64,000 nt of DNA from Owenia fusiformis (taxonomy: Eukaryota): positions 29,636,001 through 29,700,000 of the forward strand of contig CAIIXF020000001.1 in NCBI GenBank assembly GCA_903813345.2. Reading direction: 5' to 3'. Under the pieces are notes generated by a model, which saw only the letters and a program-made list of their open reading frames with translations, had not been told where the DNA came from and did not search any database. This document shows, piece by piece, positions 56,700 through 64,000 of this stretch (positions are counted from its first letter, which is position 1; the number at the start of each line of letters is the position of its first letter). The position numbers and the translations under genes were made by a program.

Positions 56700-57832
56700 C
56701 AATATATATTTGAAAATAAGTCATTTGATATGAATGCCATGTTACCATCAATGTCAGGATTATAATTTTAGATAGGTTTCAATTGGATTCAGTCTTTTGC
56801 TTTTCATTTTGCCACATAAGGCTTAACATGGCATTCCCCTTTAAGCCTTCAAATTATCATTATACATTAAGCTAACAATACACAATTATACTACTACCTG
56901 TAGTTGAACATTCATTTTTGTTGTTATAAGTTTAGCTTCATGTATGTACAGTTTCTGTTAAGTAGGACTTAATTCAGACCCTCAACTAACACCCTTATTA
57001 GGATATATACATTACCCTTTGGCTCAGAGCTGCCTAGTACTAACTGTATAAATGAAATTAAAATGAACATTTATAAAGGGTAATATACAATATACATATA
57101 GGAAGATAAAACTTATTCAGCTGTCAACTTTTCCTCTCTTAGTTGCTTAAATGATTTGTTTTTGGAGTAGATTATGAAATATGGGGTAATATGTAGAGTT
57201 AACAGGGCTTAATGTCTGGTATGTACAGTGTATATTGATGGCCATTCAAGATATCTGAAACCTGTGACTTATCCCCCAGTTTAGTACAACAAGTGGATCA
57301 ACAGTTATATGGCAAATGGGACCAACCATGGCTGATTATACACCGACCACTTTAATCTACAATGGCCATATTTATCTTGTTTGAAAACTTAGATAAACAG
57401 ATTATGTCTCGACCTTATATAAGATTTCAGCATGGTTTCAAGGCCCAGCCAGAACATATGATATTAACACATGTTAGAAATACTTTTCCATTGAACAATG
57501 AAATGTGATATTGCATGTGGGCGGTCATTATGCAACACTATACAATTTGAACGCGGAGGCTGTAAACAGAAACAAGGGTCGCTATGGTCAGGGAAAAAGG
57601 CAAGGGAGAAACAGAAAAATTAGAGAAAATACTAGTCGAAGAATTTTAGTTGGGAGTAAAAGTAAAAAGACATATTGTTATAGTCTCTAACTTTTTTGTA
57701 GATGGCATTCAGCGATTGATGTTCACTGTTTGGAATTTGGCAGTTGGTGTCAATGCTTCGTTTTCCTTACTTTGGTCATGAAGTTTAATAAACTGAATTA
57801 GGGAAAATTGATGGAAAATTCAGAGCATTTAC

Positions 57833-58445
57833 TGTAACAAATTATTATCATAAAATATAATGTTGTGGCTCGTGTCGTCTAGTGGCAGTAACATAAAATG
57901 TTAGTTTGATTTCTATTTCTTTTATTGTTCATTGATTAATATAACTTTACATGTCCTAAGTAATTTCCTGGTTGTAACCGACTGATTATACTCTAAAACT
58001 CAACAACTGAATCTTACTCTGCAAAATCACACTGTCTCTAATCAACTCTAAAATCAACTTCACTGAGGCTACACAATTCTTATTTATATACAGCCTGTTT
58101 TTGGCAAAGAGCCAGGTTGGCAAATAGCCAACTGGCACCAGGCCAACTGGGCATAAAGCCAACTGGCACTGGGCCAAATGGATAAATAATCGAATATACA
58201 ATAAAAACATGGGTTCAAAGCAAGGGGAGACCTCCGACCACTCCAGGAAACCCACTAGATCAAAGTACTTATCTTTATTACAGTTGGTTTCCTAGAGGTG
58301 TGAAGTGACATGGATGGTCTTATGTAAAGTTACAATTAAATTGAATGATTAATCCCCAAGAGCAAATATGCATTTCAGTGATAACCCTCTCCCTATTTCT
58401 GAGTCAGTTTTAACCCCCTCCCTTTCCTTGACCATCTATGTTACA
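57833..58445 (-). repeat. 3' LTR
   Basis: Direct repeat of 61984-62596; one mismatch seen (A58062 vs G62213). Confidence 0.97.
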
Positions 58446-58460
58446 TTCTCCCCCTACTTT
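58446..58460 (-). promoter_or_regulatory. Polypurine tract
   Basis: Minus strand AAAGTAGGGGGAGAA immediately before the 3' LTR. Confidence 0.9.
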
Positions 58461-59146
58461 GTAATTATTTGTCCCAAATAAAATAAGGTATATAATGCAG
58501 TATACTTGCTGTTATAAATATACTTATGTACTTAAAAATAAACAACAGTGGATCAATTGACCAAACTATACCACTAAATGCAAACTTAAATTCCCAACAT
58601 TATAATATAATTATTCAATACCATTGACTGACCTTGAGCATCCTAATTAATTAAAAAAGTTTGTTTTTTTCTTCTTTTGAAACTTCTCAAAATGCTTTTG
58701 CTAGAATGCCTGTCTAATACTAAGCATAGAAACCACACTATCATCCAAGCACCCAATTACATTTAACCAAAGCTGCATTTGGCAATCAGACATTTAGGCA
58801 AATAAATCCTACAGACACAACTGGATCACCTTGTCAACCCATACTATATGCAATCCATATTGCGTTAACAACAAATTTTGAGTGACTCAACAAAAAGCTG
58901 TAGGAATAGTCATAAAAATATATCATAAATAGTGTATAGCTTGGAAATAGTCAAAATGCTTCTATCAGTCAAACCTATGACTGCTTACACTGTTCTAACC
59001 CATATCAATTTAAAGGCTCTCAAAACTTTTAAACATAAATACCAAGGCTCTATTGACCATATTCATAAAAACTACTGGCTTTTCCAGCCGTCACACATAA
59101 ATCGAAGGATCCCTTGACCCTAATAGTAATACACTTAAAAGCAACA

Positions 59147-59256
59147 GGCTCTCTTGGCCTTATCTACTTAAACTACATGCTCTCTTGGCCTTATCTACTA
59201 AAAACAAAGGCTCTCTTGGCCTCATATACTCTAGGCTCTCTTGGCCTCATATACTC
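59147..59256. repeat. Four copies of GCTCTCTTGGCCT in the LTR element internal region
   Basis: Copies start near 59147, 59179, 59209 and 59234, separated by short related spacers. Confidence 0.9.
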
Positions 59257-60894
59257 AAGGGTCACTTAGCCTATATTCATAATATCATCATAGTTTACAA
59301 ACAGCCTTTACATTACATGGAAAGAACAATGAATCTTTGTCTTTCAATATCACTACATTCAAGATTGCAACAAGAAGCCACTTGACAGAACTTTAACCAA
59401 GCTATACTTATCTAAAATATGAGATAAAGGTAAAAAGACACAGTCTCTTCCAACAAGTCCAAAATTCATCCTCATGTGACACATCAATGATTATAATTTG
59501 TAGGAAAAATGACATCACCTCCAGCATTTTTGCCAAAACATAACACTCCATAGATGTCTCCTTTTATAACAGCCTTGCAGTATTCCTCCATAATGTGCTT
59601 AAACTTGTCTATTATAATCCAATGATCCGTGATTCGAATATTTTAATCATAATTCCTGATGGAAGTGACATTTGTTGACACATTTGTTGAACAGTTATCC
59701 ATTCCAACAATATTTAAACAAAATAAATATGACCCATTTATCCCTATTCTGGCTGGGTACTATCCAAATGATCTTGATTTAATCCAAATCTCACAGCAAA
59801 TATAAATCCAGCATCAAATCATACAATATTTTGTACCATCATACTATATAATACATATTCATATTTTGTTGTCCTAATGTTGACTGGGTACCATCCACAG
59901 AAACTTGAGATAATCCAACTATTCACTGTAAGTTAAATAAATAAATCCAAATTCTCTTCTACTTGAACACGTGTAGATCAGGTGATGATTAAGTCCTGAG
60001 GTACAACAAATTATCAAGGAAAATGTAATGAAATGTATGATCCGCATAGATGAAAGGGTTTGAGCATCCAGTATAAGTCAGGGGATAATACACTTACAGC
60101 AAAGCCACAAATAAATATAAATATTAATTTAAATTGTAATGTTTGACTACTTGAGTGATTAAAAGTGACGGTCATAAACAGCAATAGATTGAACATCCAT
60201 ATTTGCTTTGGTATGGCCATAAAACAATCTAGTCCTTAAAGGTGCTATCAATTGCTAATCATATCACTTGTGTTAGCCCATAACTTTCCAGTTTATGACC
60301 TAATTGTTTATCAAATATCTGGGGTAAAAGTCATAAAAATGTTCTGAAATCAAACTGATGATTGAGATGTATGAAACACTGTTTGATTAGTACTAATTAT
60401 CCTTTGTTCCGTATCACTTTATCCACTCTTAACATATCACATAATAAACAGTTTATGGCTGATAGAAACCACACGATGTATCATTTTACGATTTGTGTCA
60501 AAGTCAAGCAGATACTTGATATCCAATATGTACAGTTTGATAGTAGTCATAATTATCCTCTATATTCTATTCTGTGTTTCCTGTCACAAATGACAATTTA
60601 TGACACATTATTGAACAGTTATCCATTTCAACAATATTAAAACACTATAATTAATGGCCTCTTCGTCTTAATACCATCCAAATACACTCAGTAGATCCAA
60701 ATAACAAAAACCACAAAATCTCTGCAATAGTAATATTGACGTTATCCTTCTACACACATTGTCACATAATGAAAAATCTCTAACAACAACAACAAGGTCC
60801 AATGTTCAGCCCATGGCGAATCATAACTAAAAATTAGAAGTAGCCTCAGAAGTTACAAAAGTCATACATTGTCAGTTCAAATATAATCCAATAT

Positions 60895-61896
60895 CTACAG
60901 TCCAATCGTTTCAACATTCATCCAACATCCGTTTTTCTCACATCCATTGTTGGGTTCTTTGTTTTTCGCATTATGCCACCCTCTGGCCATACGGGACTCC
61001 AGGGTCTCTACTGGTGAAGACCAACACTCATAGGTTATGGGAATAACATCTCCCATATAGTTTGCTCCCTTTTTAAGTTTTAGTCTTGTGACATGGTTGG
61101 TAGTGGACCAAGCTTTGTGAACAAGCCGTTTTACATGCTTATTCTTGCTTAGCTGGGCCGAAGGCTTGTTGCGTTTTTCCTTGTAGACTCGTAGACGTGG
61201 TTTGTTAACTCTTACTCGATTCTTCACTTCAAACGACTTCAGTGTTTTCTTTGCCATTATGGCTAATCCCCTCTGTGTTGCATATAATGTGTCCACAGGG
61301 GTAGTTTGCACTTGTGCCTGCATTACATGGTTTTCTTCTGATATAACATCATATTTCTCTGTGTCACTGTTTTCCAACAGAACCACCCCTGCCTTCTCTG
61401 TGTCGGACCTTTCTACTGTAGAGTTGTCGGAGTCTGCATTTATTGCATTGTGAGTTTCCAGCAAGTTTTGAGAGGGGCTCACATTCAATGTCTCATCTTC
61501 ACTGCTCATCTTGGCATCATGGCGAGTAAAAGCAGATTCAAATTTAGGTGAGGATGGAACGGCTTTACCCCCTGCATTACCACTGTTATTTTGTAAAGTG
61601 GCATTCAGTTCTATTCTGAGTCTACGTACTTCTTGGTCATACTCCTTTATCTCCATACCAATTTGTTTGCTCTTCTGGAAATGCTCATTACACTTTCTTA
61701 TTTTCTGATTGTTCATCTTCAGCCTGTTGATTTCCTCGGCCATACTGTTATACCTAATCCTCTGCTGTTTAGGAAATTCGTACAATTCTTCAAATAGGTC
61801 ATTTGCTTCCTTCAATTCTTTGGTTTCATTTTCAGTTAATACTTTTATTTTAGTTCCTAATTCGGTAATCCTAGTATTGATAACCGAGTCCTCCAT
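60895..61896 (-). CDS. Orphan ORF in the gag position of the LTR element (333 aa from first ATG): coiled-coil N-terminus, acidic linker, basic C-terminus
   Basis: Only long ORF in the window; ATG at 61896 lies ~70 nt after the PBS (track start at 61914 is GTG); E/K/L-rich first ~110 aa; no CCHC knuckle or protease motif seen. Confidence 0.75.
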   Translation of the reverse strand: MEDSVINTRITELGTKIKVLTENETKELKEANDLFEELYEFPKQQRIRYNSMAEEINRLKMNNQKIRKCNEHFQKSKQIGMEIKEYDQEVRRLRIELNATLQNNSGNAGGKAVPSSPKFESAFTRHDAKMSSEDETLNVSPSQNLLETHNAINADSDNSTVERSDTEKAGVVLLENSDTEKYDVISEENHVMQAQVQTTPVDTLYATQRGLAIMAKKTLKSFEVKNRVRVNKPRLRVYKEKRNKPSAQLSKNKHVKRLVHKAWSTTNHVTRLKLKKGANYMGDVIPITYECWSSPVETLESRMARGWHNAKNKEPNNGCEKNGCWMNVETIGL

Positions 61897-61964
61897 TTCT
61901 TGAGTTGTGTTCACTTTCTAACAGAAGGCTCCCAGATTCGTTTTTAAGAAAATATATCTATAAA

Positions 61965-61982
61965 ATCCTGGCAACGGCACCA
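61965..61982 (-). promoter_or_regulatory. Primer binding site, tRNA-His type
   Basis: Minus strand TGGTGCCGTTGCCAGGAT, 1 nt from the 5' LTR; 16/18 match to TGGTGCCGTGACCAGGAT, the complement of the invertebrate tRNA-His 3' end as recalled. Confidence 0.85.
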
Positions 61983-61983
61983 A

Positions 61984-62596
61984 TGTAACAAATTATTATC
62001 ATAAAATATAATGTTGTGGCTCGTGTCGTCTAGTGGCAGTAACATAAAATGTTAGTTTGATTTCTATTTCTTTTATTGTTCATTGATTAATATAACTTTA
62101 CATGTCCTAAGTAATTTCCTGGTTGTAACCGACTGATTATACTCTAAAACTCAACAACTGAATCTTACTCTGCAAAATCACACTGTCTCTAATCAACTCT
62201 AAAATCAACTTCGCTGAGGCTACACAATTCTTATTTATATACAGCCTGTTTTTGGCAAAGAGCCAGGTTGGCAAATAGCCAACTGGCACCAGGCCAACTG
62301 GGCATAAAGCCAACTGGCACTGGGCCAAATGGATAAATAATCGAATATACAATAAAAACATGGGTTCAAAGCAAGGGGAGACCTCCGACCACTCCAGGAA
62401 ACCCACTAGATCAAAGTACTTATCTTTATTACAGTTGGTTTCCTAGAGGTGTGAAGTGACATGGATGGTCTTATGTAAAGTTACAATTAAATTGAATGAT
62501 TAATCCCCAAGAGCAAATATGCATTTCAGTGATAACCCTCTCCCTATTTCTGAGTCAGTTTTAACCCCCTCCCTTTCCTTGACCATCTATGTTACA
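61984..62596 (-). repeat. 5' LTR
   Basis: Direct repeat of 57833-58445; contains several gccaactgg units; adjacent to the PBS. Confidence 0.97.
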
Positions 62597-63528
62597 TTAC
62601 ATTGTAAAATGTTGTGGCAACGCTGTAACTTAAACATGTATCATCAGGATTCAGGATGTTGAATTTACTTATTAAATACTCTTGAACATTTTCTTATTTA
62701 AACCCCTTTGGAGAAAATCAAATTCATTGTAGGTATTGCATTACTAACTATGCTTACATAAGGAATTTGATAAAACTGATGTTTTAAATCCCTTTGTATA
62801 GATTATGTATGTTCAAGACATCATGTGTAATATACTTGATATAATATGTAAGTAAATCAACTAATGGTAATATTCATGGATCAAGCCCTACATATCTACA
62901 TTCCTCCTTTTTTGTTCAACTTTGGTAATTATGATCAACTAATTTTTGAAATTTTCAAAATAAGGAATGATTATTTGTCCTTTGAAGATGCTGTGTTTCT
63001 AGTTTTTCATTTTGATTTGTTAACACTTGTGAAAATGATTAAAATATTTCCCATACAGTACAATAACTGGATTGGAAGATATAAAAGTTACAGTTGATAT
63101 GTCAAAGTTTTATTTACATTCATGTGATATACAATAAGAATCCAAATTGATAGTATCACTCATTCTAATCCCTATTAACTCTTCTCTAACCAAAGCTTTG
63201 TTGATATACTCCATTTTAGTTATCTATTAATGCTTCTGTAAATGTATTTCAGGTTGTAGGGGGAAGAGGGGATCATAGATACATGATGTATGTCCAATCT
63301 CAGGGTTTGGGACTATTTGAAGATGAAGATAACTGAATTTTTGGGCTAAAGTCGAGTCAATATTGTGACATCCAAGATCAATGTAATTTCATATTTTTGA
63401 CTTTTGTAGTAATGTATTGTGCTTTGTTTAGTCTAGCTACAACCCCTGGCCTTGTGACCCCCCTCCCCCACTACCCATCCCAATAAGTGTGAGGTGTGTA
63501 GTCAGGTAGATGGGGGAGGGGGGAGTCG

Positions 63529-63795
63529 CAGGCTTGTAGCTAGACCACCCGCCCTTGGGGGGGGCCCAGAAAAAAAGTTGGGCTCAAAAAAAGGCCTTGA
63601 GGCCCCAATCAGTGAGCCTTTTGGACATAACTGAGCCTTTTAAGGCCTTATTTTTAATTTTAGGTTTTTTGAAGAAAATGGGTCTTAAATTTTCAAAATT
63701 TGGGCCTACTTTTTGGTTTCAGGGGCCCAAAATCTTTATCCACGCAACCGCGCAAATCTTTTGCCCCCCCTTGTTGGTTTTCAGATCCGCCCCTG
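63529..63795. mobile_element. MITE-like element with CAGG...CCTG ends
   Basis: caggcttgtagctag start, cagatccgcccctg end, internal gggccc/gggcc repeats; no matching TSD, possibly composite. Confidence 0.5.
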
Positions 63796-64000
63796 CTACT
63801 GCATGTATAACACACGGTTAGGGATGGTCAAACAAGATGATGAAATGAGGTAGGGTGGGAACTTCATTTAATTTGACACCATTGATGAAGCCAATTATTA
63901 TAATGTGATTCATTATTAAACATTTAATTACAGTATGATGTAATTGATAAGATAGATAGTTGTTGCTTTCCTGTCACACATTTCCTGTCTTTTCTAGAAA

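Larger units (their letters stand above)
57833..62596 (-). mobile_element. Non-autonomous LTR retrotransposon (Gypsy-like signature), 4764 bp
   Basis: Two 613-bp LTRs with TGTAACA...TGTTACA ends, 4-bp TSD TTAC (57829-57832, 62597-62600), PBS, PPT and ORF all oriented on the minus strand; no protease, RT, RNase H or integrase-core ORF. Confidence 0.96.

Noticed and set aside
1442-57690. Remaining short ORFs (60-145 aa) in the ORF track
   Set aside because: Lengths and composition expected by chance in AT-rich DNA; many have non-ATG starts or overlap repeats; no recognisable host domains.
59147-59256. Repeat-spacer pattern resembling a mini CRISPR
   Set aside because: Repeats are only 13-14 bp and spacers are related to each other, consistent with tandem duplication.
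57986-62406. Duplicated 89-aa ORF (57986-58255, 62137-62406)
   Set aside because: Duplicated only because it lies within the LTRs; non-ATG start and no protein-like features.

Overview
AT-rich, CpG-poor eukaryotic DNA, most likely an invertebrate metazoan (inferred from TE types and tRNA sequence). I can support no host protein-coding exon; nearly all track ORFs look like noise, so the window is probably intronic or intergenic. Main contents: (1) two identical tRNA-Asp(GTC) genes head-to-head at 51736-52002; (2) a very young non-autonomous LTR retroelement at 57833-62596 (minus strand), with 613-bp LTRs differing at one base, a TTAC TSD, a tRNA-His-type PBS, a PPT, one orphan 333-aa ORF and no pol. 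Its U5 region carries two extra boxes complementary to the D-arm and anticodon arm of tRNA-His; (3) two non-coding DNA transposons with CAC termini and 5-bp TSDs (a Transib/RAG-like signature) at 15898-20467 and 44121-45788; (4) a nested stack of DNA transposons at 15604-21899; (5) a CAG...CTG MITE family with 5-bp TSDs, a TTAA-flanked foldback element, an 11x35-bp minisatellite, and decayed hAT-transposase and CR1/L2 RT relics. Family names come from terminal and TSD signatures and motif recognition by eye, not database searches.
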